Source: Rotaria socialis
Lineage: Eukaryota
Assembly (NCBI GenBank): GCA_905331295.1
Contig: CAJNYD010000303.1
Coordinates: forward strand, 124,001 to 157,202
Direction of reading: 5' to 3'
Length of the DNA: 33,202 bases
Below are positions 11,569 through 25,000 of this stretch, piece by piece (position 1 is the stretch's first letter; each line of letters opens with the position of its first letter). A model generated the notes under the pieces. The model had not been told where the DNA came from. It did not search any database and saw only the letters and a list, made by a program, of their open reading frames with translations. The position numbers and the translations under genes were made by a program.

Positions 11569-14312
11569 TTTTCGAAATCAACAAAGTAGAAATAAATTCT
11601 TAAAATAAAATTTAAAAAAACTATAACCATCATTAATTCATACATCCATGATATAAATATCAAATGTTGAAATAAGAATGAAGGACATTATGCATATATA
11701 CAAATATCAAACACTTAATTTATGACATCAAAAGTATATTTGCTCATCTTATTTTTCGTTTGTTGATAAAAAAATTAAAAGTATTAAGGAAACAAAAAAA
11801 TGCATATAAATCGTTATTATGTAGTTCTTGTAAACAGTAAATGAACATTAAAATATGAGCATGAGAATATTTCAAGTAAAAGAAGAAGAACAAGAGCTCT
11901 TCACTAAATCAGATAAACGAATATTATTCCATGAAGAATTTAAAGAAAAGGATTTGAAATCAGAAAAGTCATTGGTTATAAATTCTTTTTTATTATTTAA
12001 AATAGTACAAGTCTCCTTCTATCATATATACGACTAATCCTTGCAGTTTTTATTCCGTTGTAAACATGAATAAGTGAATTTAAAAAAACAAAAACTTGTT
12101 AGTGCAACGACCTTGAGGCTGAATTTTAGAACAAACATTTGTTCTTCAGCACCATTAGACTTATACGAAATAGAGAAAGCATAAAATCAAAACCCCTTGC
12201 ATACTTTTCTGACGGGCGCTTTTACTTTTCGTTTTCGTTGTTGTTATTCACTCAGTATTTTTCATGTTCTTAATTCAATATTTTTATTATCATACGCATA
12301 GCATTGAATGTTAAGAACAATTTATGTTTAAAAATAAATATAAATTTTAGTCAGCTATACTTACTTGAAAACATATATTATGAAAATAAATCATTTACAT
12401 TTACGTCAAAGCAAAACGAACATTACAACCGCAAACCACAACATATCATATTGCGGTTTTCAATAAAAATATCGCTATATTGAGTATAGGCAGCTCACGA
12501 ATACGAAAAGGAGGAGCAAGAACTTTTCGAAAAAACATACGCAACTCGAAATATTTTTATTTCGTCCTGAAGCTTTTCAGGCATCAATTTTTTTCTAAAG
12601 AATTAAGAGTAAATAATCTAGCTTATATCGATATTCAAAACGAAATTGTACGTCATGTGGAGATGTTGATTCAGATTTATGTAATTTTGTTAGTAATTAT
12701 CCTGATGATTGTATTTCTTGTCGCACGTATCTGACATGCTCTAGTTTAAGTAATACGAAATAGCAATGCTGATTATTTCGAATCCTATCGTAGTATTACT
12801 CAAAAGAATTCCGGAGTTGAAAATTACTCTGAATGGCAGTGTTATAGTTCTAAAGCTGATCCCAAATGCAGCCGTGACATTATATTTTTGTAGAACTGCT
12901 GCTTTTGATATCGATATCAATATTGTCTAGCGCTATCACTAAACACTTTTTGCTTTCTATATTGAAATATGATAGAATATGTAAAAATCGCGAGGGTATC
13001 ATGCTCAGCTATTTTTCACAACTATTATTAAGAAATCTAACGCGAATTTTCTTATCTCATCTCTACATGTAAAGTGGCTCTGTCGTATATTTGAAGTATC
13101 TAGAGAATCTACTATTTTCAAAACCGTTTCACACGATAGGGAAAAATTGCGGTTACCAGTGGTTATTCAAAACCGATGTAAACCGCAGTTTTATTCAAAA
13201 ATTTATTTATGAATTGATGGAAGAACAGATAATAATGAACACTATGTTTCTATCTGTTGAAGAAAAAAAGAAGTAAAAGAAGAAACGAATATTCTTGAAA
13301 CTGAATGAGACTATTCAAATCGAACTTACCTATGTTGTTACAGTTATAAGCAACACAAGAAGAAACCGACTTTATTCTTTTCGTTAAATAGGCTTGCTTT
13401 TGATATATATATATATACATATATGTATTTATTCACTGTTAAAGGAGGGAAAGAAAAATATTTTCGATATCATATTATATTATTCAAGAGAAGCCAAATA
13501 ACACATACATCCGCAGGAGAAAACCTTCCTTCTCTCTAAAGAAAAATGAGCTGGAATTTGTGGAGGAGGAACGGTATTGAAGGAGAAAAACCTTTTTCTC
13601 AAGGTTGTATACAGTTAATACGATATGTTAACATATAGTGTTACCGATGCTAGGTATCTTCTTACCAAATAAAGATTTTAAGGGGAGGAGAGGGAGTGCT
13701 ACCCCCTTCTTAAAATATCCTAAAATTTGATCAGCTCACAGAGAATAACATCAAAAGGTACTTCTATACAATAAAAAAATGGCAAATTTTTGACTGAGCT
13801 TTTAATGAATTAAGATCAAAAGTAACTAGAAATTTTAAATTGAGAAGGAATTTTTAAAGACTTCCTACTATTAAATCAATGAAACAAATGTAGTAGCTTT
13901 TATTGAAACATTTTGCTAATATAAAATTTTTTGAGTTTAAACGATAATTTTTAACTAAAAAACCCAAGGACATACACGTTACAAACGCAGAGAATCAAAA
14001 ACAAAAACAAAAAGAAAACAAAAAAAATAATATAATCCTTAATAATAACCTAATGGAGAATTGTCATGAGAAATTTCTACATTTGTTTCATTTATTAGAT
14101 TATTAAATTAAATAGCATGTAATATCGTTTGTTACAAAAAATGATTACATAAATGCAATAGAATTTAAAAAAAAACGGAAATTACAGAAGTAGGCATTTG
14201 CAGGTATTAGAAATGAATTCAATGCGGTTTATGATAGTCAAATAAATCACATTTCATGCTATTACATTGCATTACTTTAATCAAACGAATCAATTTGTAT
14301 TGCAATATGTTT

Positions 14313-14430
14313 TGTGGAACTCACATACATTTTCGAAGAAAATGGTGAGTGTCATTTGAAAAGGTAGATTTTTCACTTTAGCGATTTTGCATTAGCTGAG
14401 TAAAACTAAGGGACATGTGTGAGTTCCACA
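14313..14430. repeat. Short inverted repeat, probable MITE relic
   Basis: Perfect 13-bp IR TGTGGAACTCACA at 14313-14325 and 14418-14430. No TSD recognised. Confidence 0.4.
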
Positions 14431-14605
14431 CTTTAGGCCTGAAGGGATTGTACTAGCAAGTTACATTACTTTGTAGCGTAGCTTGACCAGCGTTAAGTTT
14501 TACTATTTGACAGTAAATTTACTTTTCTCCTTTTTTAAGACTCTCAATAAAAAACAGACAGCGATAGATGCTGATATTGAATAATAGAGTTTAGTCGTTA
14601 GTAAC

Positions 14606-14825
14606 TGTGCCGATATTGATGGTACGCTTCGATGATTCTCCTTCCTCCTCCTTCTGTTGTCTTTCCAGTGTTCTAATATCTCTCTCTCCTATCTCTCTCC
14701 TATATATACGTGTGTTATATATGAAGTTGTTACACTCTGAATATGTGAAGAAGCGAATAGGCATCATTGCTGTGAGTGGCGGTAAGCTACTCCACCTCTA
14801 TCCAGGCTGTCTTAATATCGATACA
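14606..14825 (+). mobile_element. Solo-LTR-like element (~220 bp)
   Basis: TG...CA termini with short IR (TGTGCCGATATT / AATATCGATACA) and a TATA-like tatata after a CT-rich tract. A second copy starts at the same base at 33082. Flanks gtaac/tcaac are only a partial TSD. Confidence 0.55.
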
Positions 14826-14989
14826 TCAACTAGCAAGAGTCCTATTTATCGTTACAGTAACATGTTCCGTACCTCAGTAGGAAATCTTAGTATTGCACTT
14901 ATGTTAGGTCATAGTCTGCCGACATGTGTCTTCGAAATAGTTCATTACTGGTTGTAAAATTCGAAATAAGGATAAGCGTCAAAGGACGT

Positions 14990-16145
14990 TAAAAAACTGC
15001 CAATGCCACGACATTGTTAATATCATGAGCAAAGTTCGTTACCGTTTGAAAAGTTTCTTGAAAAGAGTTTAGAGCTGCTTGTCAAAATCAACCATGATCG
15101 GTTTAGGACTTCATCAAAAGCATAAATGACAAAATTCATCAATTTATTTTGGTACGATTGTTGTTTTTTCTTATCAGCAAATAATGCAAATAACTAATGG
15201 AAATACGCTGCTTGTGTGGGTACCATATGTATAGTATACATACTTTGAATGTGTAATCATTTCATGTTTCTTCAGTATTTTCCGTTATTTTTAATTTCGC
15301 AGTCAATGCAGATATAACTATACCATTATCATCAGGTCCAGAATCAAATTCAAAGGACATGTCTTATCTTATATCATCTTTGATGAATGATACCAGAATC
15401 TTTGTACAATTTGTAGCTTGTGGAATTTAATACAGCCTATTTCATTGGCGTTGTCTTTGAATGTTTCTTGTAATGTATTTAAAGTTTGGAAGGCTAGCTA
15501 CTATCTGATCCGATGCATCTTTTAAACAATTGTCACAAAAAACATCGAGAATTTTTATTAGTATATAGTAATAACGTGTTTATTTTTTTTTGTCATGGAA
15601 TAATCGCACTTCAGAGCTTGCTGCAACTGAAAGATGATTCGAATCATCGTTATTACATAGAATAGTAATGAAATTAAAATCTATATGTAATCGTCCTTTA
15701 GATTTAATTGTTCGACAATACCCATATTTGCAATATGTGTTTTTATCAGACGTTCTATCAATTGTATAATTGAATCCATGAAATATCAGTAATGGTTAAT
15801 TGTTTTCAGTTGTAACAATAATTATGGATGATATCATTTGAAAAAATGCCATGTGGTTTCTCTCTCTTTTAAACATTTAGAAGCGGTTAAATAATTCGAT
15901 TAAATACTAATTACGTATTTTTAACTCTGCCTATTAGATACAATGATCTATTTTAACCTTCATCGTCGTGTCGTTTTCAACTAATATAAATTCAACTACT
16001 TGTTCACCAGTTTTGATAAGTCAGTTACATCATTACAAACATAATATGATATTCTGTTCTAGCTGATATTTACTTTGCGACTGGTTTTTTCAGCGACTAA
16101 TTGTCGTTGCATTCAATTTACTACGTTCAATTGTCGCTCTTCCCC
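14990..16145 (-). pseudogene. Decayed FLYWCH-MULE transposase with surviving 5' terminal repeat
   Basis: From ATG at 15852: PLLIFHGFNYTIDRTSDKNTYCKYGYCRTIKSKGRLH...NH (FLYWCH-like), and later FDSGPDD and KPIMVDFDK (IMxDFE motif). Many stops and frameshifts. The minus strand from 16145 reads GGGGAAGAGCGACAATTG, resembling MULE-MITE termini. Confidence 0.75.
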
Positions 16146-16952
16146 AATTATTTTTCAATAGATGCATGAGCTATAATATTTCCATTTGAATAATCATGGA
16201 TGGTTCATTCTCAAGTATTGATTTATTGATGCTGAAAAAGTTTTGGTAAAAAAGCATGCAAACACAAAATGACTGACGTCGGTATGTTGAGAAAAAATGT
16301 AACTTGCATTTGTTTACAGTACCTTTTTTTTCAAAAGTCACGAAGGAAAAGCGAAGTCGACTCAATATTCCACTGTTTCTCATTTTCACCATGGCGATAA
16401 TATTACAACAATTATTGGCTGTGGAAAAACGTTGTTAACGAGATTACTGCGGGATTAAAATCTGAAACACAATGAAAGGTGTAGATATTACTGGGTGGGT
16501 CGTTATCTAAGCGAGCAGATGCTCTACACACACGCACATCTTCGTTAGCTAAAAGCAATTGATTCTAAGTGAAATTAGCAAACGCTTTATTTTAATTGAC
16601 TCACTCAGTATCTACATTATTTCTTTTTATGAATTGGACATTGAAACAATTGACAACATATTGAATAATATGGCGCGATTGAAAAGTTTAATCACTGTTC
16701 TCCAGTCGCTCATCAGCTGTATTGTTGTCTACAACTTGACGTTCATGAAGTCGTTCATCAAGAGCTTTTAGACACAAAACAATGGCTATCGATATAGGTA
16801 ATGCTCTGTTTGTTCGATGATCGTTGTGGCATGCACAGAGCAGTTAGTTAACACTTCGTTTAAGATTAAATATAAGTTTAGATCTACTTAGAAAATTGTT
16901 GGTTCTGTCTAGATAAATTCTATATTGAATGGTATCTGGATTGGATGCTATC

Positions 16953-16983
<31 letters not shown>
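16953..16983. repeat. (TA)n microsatellite
   Basis: Nearly pure alternating TA run. Confidence 0.85.
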
Positions 16984-16986
<3 letters not shown>

Positions 16987-17859
16987 AGATAGCGAGAACG
17001 CTTTTTCATCATCGTGTGACCAAAACAAAAATAGGTAACGATATCAACAGAGCAAGATTTCTCAGTGAGTGGATCTGTCTAAAGCTGTGTTGTCCACAAA
17101 AGAATATTGAAGTCGAGTTTTTAATCAAGATTCATGCACCATGTAGCCTGATATCGGGTTCACAAAACTACGCAAACTTCTGACTTTGCCTGCATGCCTT
17201 TGATATGGCGTGGTAACGCTCTCTATCTTCTTCAAAAGAACTATAGCTAGTTTTAAGTTTCACACTCCTTTTAGTGAAATGATCTAGTTCGACTAGCTGT
17301 TAAATGATTGAGCTCGAATACACAATATAGACTTGAAAGGCATCTCTATACATGAAGTTGAGATTAGAATATCAAAATTACTTTGCAGGAAAAGACTAAT
17401 TTTATAGTTTCTAAGAGAATTTCCCGAATTTTTATTGTCACCGTCTTTTTTCGCCCGTATCCTTATACGGATATATGCCAATAAAATCAATCCTACTAAT
17501 TTGAGATCATTGCATTGAAACACAGGTTGAATGAAAAGTCGCTTATTTTTCTAGTAGTTGTCTGCTAACCTTTGATATATTTGAAGGAAAAAGCTAACAT
17601 ATTCACGAGATCTATCTGGACTGCAAATCTCAGTCACCATGTGCATTTATATCGAGTAGCAGCTTAAATCATACGAAAAATCTTTCTTTATCACACTGTT
17701 ATATCCAGTCTAATCGCAAGATTTTGATCAGATTTTATGATCACTTATTAGCACGGTAATATCTTTGCACAGTTGGTCAAATTTTGCCAAGATTATGTTG
17801 CTCCTCATAAGGTTTTACAAACCTTACGAAATCATTCACTTACCAGGCTTTCTAGATCA

Positions 17860-18500
17860 GTTTGAATCCGCAACTGTGCCTCTTTTTCATACATAGTCTT
17901 TCAAAGATTTCTCTACAACAAACTTCTGAGAGATCAATCAGAAACTATTATTCGGATCATATTGCTGCGTATTTCGGGTTTTGCCTATACGACAAACAAA
18001 AAGCAGCCGAAAATGAGCAGCAATTAAACTTGAATTATACTGTTCTTCAAAATTATAAAACTTCTTGATTATAATCTATGTCTATTTTTGCTTTACAGTT
18101 CACAGAAAAGTTGCTCAGAATGGCTGCCTTTTTCATTTTACACAAATTATTTATCTAAATGTACAATCACTTAGTTTATCATCAGTGTACTTATATGAAA
18201 TTATGGCCTTTATTTCTATTCGAAAAATTATAGCGCTGCCTTCAGTATTCGAAGTGGGTGTGAGCCGAATGAGAATGACAGACAAAATATAATAATGTCG
18301 ATTGTTTCGATTGTGGCGTTCACTCGTTTGAAAGCTGGAAGCCAAACGGGACTTGAACTCTCCAACGAGTCCTTTGAGCAAGAATAAACTAGTTAAGATT
18401 CCTCTTAACCCATCCACATTCACGGATGTGAATAATTATGTTTGTGAAGTGAATATCTATACTCAAACCCGAATCAGAATCCAACATTTCTTTATTTGAT
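17860..18500 (+). pseudogene. Second decayed MULE transposase fragment
   Basis: HRKVAQNGCLFHFTQIIYLNVQSLSLSSVY matches the MULE GCxFHxxQ (CxxH) region. Surrounding frames are broken and boundaries approximate. Confidence 0.65.
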
Positions 18501-21282
18501 TCAAGATATTTAGTAGTTTCTGTTTTTGTTTATGATTCCTTTAGTTTGATTCTAATTTTCTGTTCACATTGAAATGGTCGATTTGTTTTCATAACTATCC
18601 GAATAGCGTGAAAACAAAAGGAAATAACTTTGATTTTTGCTACCATTTTTTCAAATTAGCTTTTTTTTGCCTAATAATTGCTAAGCAAATTGAAATTGCG
18701 TCTTCCTCGTTTTTTCTGCTGCTTTTTTCTAATTTAACACGCTTGAACGATAGCATATACAACTAATCATGAGCTGTCAACAAAAATTAAAATCATTCAT
18801 CGACATATCATTTACTTTTTAGATTTACCCTTGATAAAGAAGGGGATAGGACAGAAATCATTCATTCGTACAACAAGTAATTAAAAATAATACAACTGTG
18901 ACTGAATAATATTAAAAAAAATACTGTATTTATGAAGTAACACCAGAAATGTGATTGATTCACATCTCATTGAGTGAGAAGTATAGGCAGGTTGATTTTA
19001 ACAAGATTTTGAGAGTATTGAGGAACATTTGAATCATTCATATTCAATGTTGGCAACAAATGCAAATATGAGTGAGTTTTTCTTATGCATTCTTAAAATT
19101 CAACTAAGAAGAAAAAGCTGTTCAAGTAATCTCCATACAAATAAAATGCGAACTTCGATGTAGCTGTTGTTAATAGTCACAGAAAGATTATACTTTATTA
19201 TTCCTATTACAGGATACACTTCTTCATAGTTCCTCACTTAATCTACCAGAAAGGCAATAAGCAAATAGATCATATATTATAGTGACACTTTATTGACTTG
19301 CTTTCAGCGATTATCTATCAACAATGTCTGTCACAGAATGTGTGGAATAGGAGCATTTCTAAACTATATTCTATGAACAATAACGATTCAATGATAATAT
19401 CTTTAACGATTTAAGAGAGGGGTGGAGGCTTGAATCGTAAATATCTACCCTATACACATTAAAACTCCTTTTCGACTGTGTTTCAAAGGAATCACGGTCT
19501 ATTTTTCTTCAATGTTCCCACAATGTGCTAATGATAATTTTAAAATTATACTGTATTCATAGAAACGATTTAAAGAGAGCTATACTTTTTAAAATTTTGA
19601 AACCACCGCCGTTACTTTTTTACGAAGTTGAAGTACATCACAATCACTCTCTTATATGCTATCATTAACAAACAATTATAGAAAACCTTTCTCTAAATTG
19701 GTTTCTTACTATAGGAGAGATATTTGCAGCAGAAAATATGATCAATTATTTTGAACACCAAAACAATATATGGGCAAAACCATTTGTTAGCGACGTGGTT
19801 TTGTAAAATGCAAATATCTATATCTCGAAACAGTGAGCTTTTCTAGACTTGATTTTTATATATTATGTGGATCTTAAGTGACTCTAGATATCCTGCAGAA
19901 ATCAGTACTAAGGAGCTTTGTTGATAGGAATTATCTGGAAAAAGTAGTCGTTAGCGACGTGATTCAGAAAAGGACACGGATTTTCACTTTACGGACTTAA
20001 GTTTCAAAAAACTCCATACTGCCACATAATTTTAGAAAACTAAATTCGACATCCAGTAGACACCATCTCGGACTACAACATACGTATGCAATGTTTGCTT
20101 CAGCATGTCTAGATTTTTCTGTCAAACGTATGAATTTTTCGTTGGCGACGTGATGAAGTACGAAAACACTACCGGAAAGATATCTTCATAATCGAACAAA
20201 AAGTTTGGAAAAGATTGCAAATCGTACAAATCCTTGCTCAGAGTCCAGGGATTATAATAACATAACAATATTTGTTTCTACATTTGATCGCTTATTTATG
20301 GAGCCAGTTTTTCGTAGAAAATTTTTTGGAATTCAATCTGGCTGAAAATTTTATCATAGATGCAGCTTGGACTTTGGAGTCTATCCTGAAATTTTCAGAC
20401 TTTTTTCTCATACTGTTTGCAAGAAAATCACTAATTATTTTTTAATTAATTAATAATAATTAATAGTCATGTGAAAGAGCAAAGAGTGTCACATAAGTCA
20501 GTGATAAAATAAATTATTCAAAAAGAAAGCCTGTGTGGAGAATAAGAATCGAATGAAGGGGGTGTATGTCTCGTTTTGCCTGATTTTGCTCATATATATA
20601 GCTTGTAGAAAGATCACATTGCATTGGAACGGATTAAGCCTGATTCGAACAATGTGATGATGATAAACTCATATCATTGCCACAATATTCCTCTTAGAGC
20701 AGGTATCGAGCGGTAGAGACAGTGCAGTCTTAATCACGAATAGTTGAAGATAAGTCCAACAAAAATCATTTATTAAGTTGTTTGGTAAAAAACATTGAAA
20801 ACCTGATTCAATACGTTTTTCCTGTAGAGCATCATTTTTCGTGCAATGATATGTTAATCAATATTGAGCCGAAAACGCTGTCTGCATGGAGTATCAAGAA
20901 TTAGATCAGTTTGACGAAAAAATGTTCAGAATTTTTTTGAAGTTGTAGATTTTTATTTAGCAATATCCATGGCAAAACGCCTTATTGCAGACTTCATATG
21001 GTTACCGTGAGAAATCAAAATTGATAAGTATAGTTTAGTCTCTAAAAATATGTCACAATCGACTGAGAATGTTTGAAAGTAACAACACATACGGATTAAC
21101 TTCAATACTTTGAAAATCCATGTTAATGATTGGAAAACCAAGTGAATGAAAAGTCGGCGGATCCAATGTATAGATTCTTCGCTAATACTAAGAACTGATA
21201 CAGAGATTTTTTCTTTGCTTAAGAATTGTTGCCGAATATGCATTGCACTTTCTCGTTAGACATCTACTATAGATTAAAATAG

Positions 21283-22014
21283 GAATCTCTGAACTTTGGT
21301 CGACAGTAAAAATATCGACAGTAAAAATGTCGACAGTAAAATGTCGAAAAAACGAAAAAGTAAAAATATCGAAAACTGAGTAGGTAGTCATGAAAAATGT
21401 CGTGTTCAAAATTGATTCATTATTAAAAGAGGTTGTCCCTTATTCGAAGTAATGCAATTTAAATCACTATTCGTGTTGCGTGTCGATTCCGTGGCGGCTT
21501 CCTTATGTATATTTATCACTCGAATAGTGAATAATTGAAGAATAATTTTCTTATTCTTTTCTATTACATTGTACTAAGTGACCAATGTCTGATAGGCCAA
21601 TGATAGATTTAAACGAATTTAAGTCGCCATCGATCCTACAAGTAGTGACGGATCCAGAAAATCTGTTAGGGGGTGGCGCTCGTGAGCAAAAAACGGTTTT
21701 TCAAGTCTAGTTGAGACAGAACGACTATTTTCTGTTTCATTTCTGCTGGAGAAAATCGAAAAAGTTTCTTAAGGGGGGTGGCGATGGCCGGGTAGCCTAA
21801 TTGGTAGATCCGCCATTGCCTACAATCATAATATATTCATCGAATATCTTTCAAAACACTCCTTCTTTTAGATTTTTTAATTTTATTTTTATAAATTTCT
21901 TTCGACATTTTGCACTTTCGATATTTTTAACTGCCGACATTTTTACTTTCGACATTTTTGCTGTCGACATTTTTGCTGTCGACATTTTTACTGTCGACCA
22001 AAGTTGAGTTTACC
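21283..22014. mobile_element. Foldback MITE (MULE-like) with tandem GTCGACAGTAAAAAT units
   Basis: Inverted arms AACTTTGGTCGACAGTAAAAAT... at both ends. Flanking direct repeat TAAAATAG at 21275-21282 and 22015-22022 (9 bp with one mismatch if the right end is shifted by one). Confidence 0.85.
21643..21818. mobile_element. Small hAT MITE nested in the foldback MITE
   Basis: TIR TAGTGACGGATC / GATCCGCCATTG (9/12). 8-bp TSD cctacaag (21635-21642) / cctacaat (21819-21826). Two subterminal GGGGGTGGCG motifs. Confidence 0.75.
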
Positions 22015-22081
22015 TAAAATAGCTTCTATATAACATTACTCTATATCGGCTGAAAATTTCTTTGACGAACAACAGTTCTCT

Positions 22082-25000
22082 ATGAAATCAAAGAGGCCCA
22101 CGAAATCTATTCAGGATCCAAGCAACCAGCGACGTATCCAGTATAGTAATAATCGTTCTATCTCGTCACATGGAAATTTAACGTTTCTGTAAGTTTATTA
22201 TCTTTAAATTTCTATCTTAAAATTCATGTTGCTCTATTAGAACAAGATCACTTCGCTCAAAAATTTGCTCTGCTGTTGGAACGGCTTGTTTCATAAGCAT
22301 AGCAATGATTATTGGCATTATAATCATTTGTTTCACTCAGATGAAAAAACAAAGTATGATAATCTATCAATATTGATGTGGTACAGTACTCCTAAAATTT
22401 ATGAGAAGCAAAATAATCTATGGCTAGTTTTGTCCTTAATCAAACATTTCCAATTTCTCCTTTGCCTACATAAATATCGTTGCTTACGCGCATCAGAAAA
22501 AGTGTGACTGTAGAGGATTAGGATTGAAATAGGATCTGTACCAATATCCAAATACTAGCTAATCAAGCGAGTCCTTGCTATTCAAAACTTGATAGTAAAT
22601 TCATGAGTATCCTAGTTTCGAGAGCACCCTATTTTTGCTGAAGAGAGCAACCTACGAATTATGAAAAAATACATTCCTTGGTTTTCAGGTGGACCGTGCC
22701 AACGTATTTTTAATGTAACTACTCCAAACTCAACTGTCTATAATTCGAGTCCGCTGTCAGCTATCGTTAGTGATTTTAATGATGACACTCAACTGGACAT
22801 CGTTGTAGCAAATTCTGGAACAGATACAGTTGGGATCTTTCTTGGGAATGCAAATGGTACCTTTCAATCGCAGCTGACCTATTCAACTGGTTATAGATCT
22901 CAACCATATTCTGTGGTAGTTGGTGATTTCAATAGTGATAATCAACCAGATATTGTAGCCGCCAATTATGGAACCAACAGTATCGGCATCCTAATTGGAT
23001 ATGGCGATGGAACGTTTGCAATTGTTCGTCTCTTTTCGCTTGGTACTTCTCGGCCAGTGTCGGGTGCTACTGCTGACTTAAACAACGACAAACACCTTGA
23101 TATAATCCTAGTAAATTATGACACTAGCAGAATAGATATCTTACTTGGCTATGGTAACGCATATTTTTCTATCCAAGCGAGGTATTCAACGGGTTATGAC
23201 TCCCATCCGTGTTCCATTGTTGTTGCTGATTTAAACAAAGACAATCGATTAGATCTTGTTATCTCAAATTCAGGCACTAATAATGTAGCCGTATTTCTCA
23301 GCAATAGCAATGGATCGTTCTCACTTCAAAAGCTTTATAGCACTGGAGTTGCTTCGCATCCATCGTCAGTCGGCGTTGGTGATTTGAATGACGACAAACA
23401 CCTAGATATTATTGTCAGCAACGAGTGGGCTTCCAATGTAGGCGTGTTTATTGGATACGGCGACGGAACGTTTGCAAAGATAGAAATATCTTCCATTGGT
23501 TTCGGATATTGCCCACATTCCATGGTTATTGGAGACTTCAATGAAGACCATATATTAGATGTGGCCGTAGCTAATTCTGCCAATAACACTATCTTTGTAC
23601 TTTCTGGATCAGGTAATGGGACATTTACGAACAACGAGATGTACTCAACGGGCTCTGATTCTATGCCGGTCTTTCTAATCAGTGGTGATTTCAATGATGA
23701 CCATCGATTGGATCTTGCGGCTATTAATAATGGCACCAACACTATCGAAGTATTTCTTAGATATGTGATGAAAACGTTCGCAAATGAAACAAAGTATCAA
23801 ATTGAGCCTTCAGATAGTTGTAGTGCAGTTGCGTTGGGTGACTTCAACAATGACAGTCTGCTCGATATTGTGGCCGCCGACATTGCAAATAATAATGTAG
23901 GTATATTTCTTGGATACGGAGATGGAACTTTTAGAGAGCCAATTATATGTTCAACTGGGAATGACTCGCAACCCACATGGGTCGGCGTGGGCAACTTCAA
24001 CGAAGATAATCTACTCGATATCGTTGTAGCGAATAGACTAAGTGATAATGTAGGCTTATTTTTCGGGTATGGTAATGGAACCTTTAGAGCACAAATCACA
24101 TTACCAACTGAAACGGGTTCTCATCCTCAATCGATCGCTGTAGATGATTTCAATAACGACAGTATACTTGACATCGCTGTCGTCAATAGTTATCATTTTA
24201 ATGTAGGCATATTTCTCGGATATGGCAATGGGCATTTTCGGGCCCAAACTACATTACCAACTGGAGATGGATCGTATCCTATGTCGGTCACTGTAGGCGA
24301 CGTTAACAAAGACAGTCTACTCGACTTAGTTCTTGCGAATAGTGGTATTGATAGTATGGGTTTATTTCTAGGCAATGGCAATGGCACCTTTGGAGTGCAA
24401 ACGATATTTTCAGCTGGCAATGGCTCAAGCCCTAGATGCGTAATTCTGGGTGACTTCAACAATGACAGCCTATTGGATGTTGCTCTCGCAAACAGTGATG
24501 GTGACAGTGTTGGTATATTTCTTGGATACGGCAATGGAAGTTTCGAGAGAATAGTGATATATTCTATGATAGGGGGTTCTATTCCGACATCACTCATACT
24601 TGGTGATTTTAATAACGATAATATTTTAGATATTGCCGTATCGAACCTGGGCACTAATAATGTAAGCCTGCTCTTTGGACAAGGCAGTGGTACTTTTGGA
24701 ATGATAAGTAGCTATTCAACAGGGGTTGGTTCTCGACCAATCTCGATTGCGACTGGTAATTTAAACGGCGACATTTGGCTGGATATTGTAGTGGCCCATA
24801 CTGGAAGTGATAGTGTTGGTGTACTTCTCGGGTCTGACAACATAGATACAGCTAATCAGGCAAGCTATTCAACTGGATCTGGCTCGCATCCATTCTCTGT
24901 TGTAACTAACGATTTCAACAGCGATAATCTACTTGATCTTTTGATCGTCTATTCAGCTCATGACGACATAGGTATTCGTTTAGGATATGGAGACGGTACT

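Noticed and set aside
15290..15340. Minus-strand CTGATGA…CGAAA as a hammerhead ribozyme core
   Set aside because: No convincing flanking stems, and it lies within MULE coding remnants (GPDD codons).
16950..17250. Possible non-autonomous Helitron (TC…CTAG with small gcgt/acgc hairpin)
   Set aside because: The hairpin is weak and ~30 nt from CTAG, and there is no second copy to define the ends.
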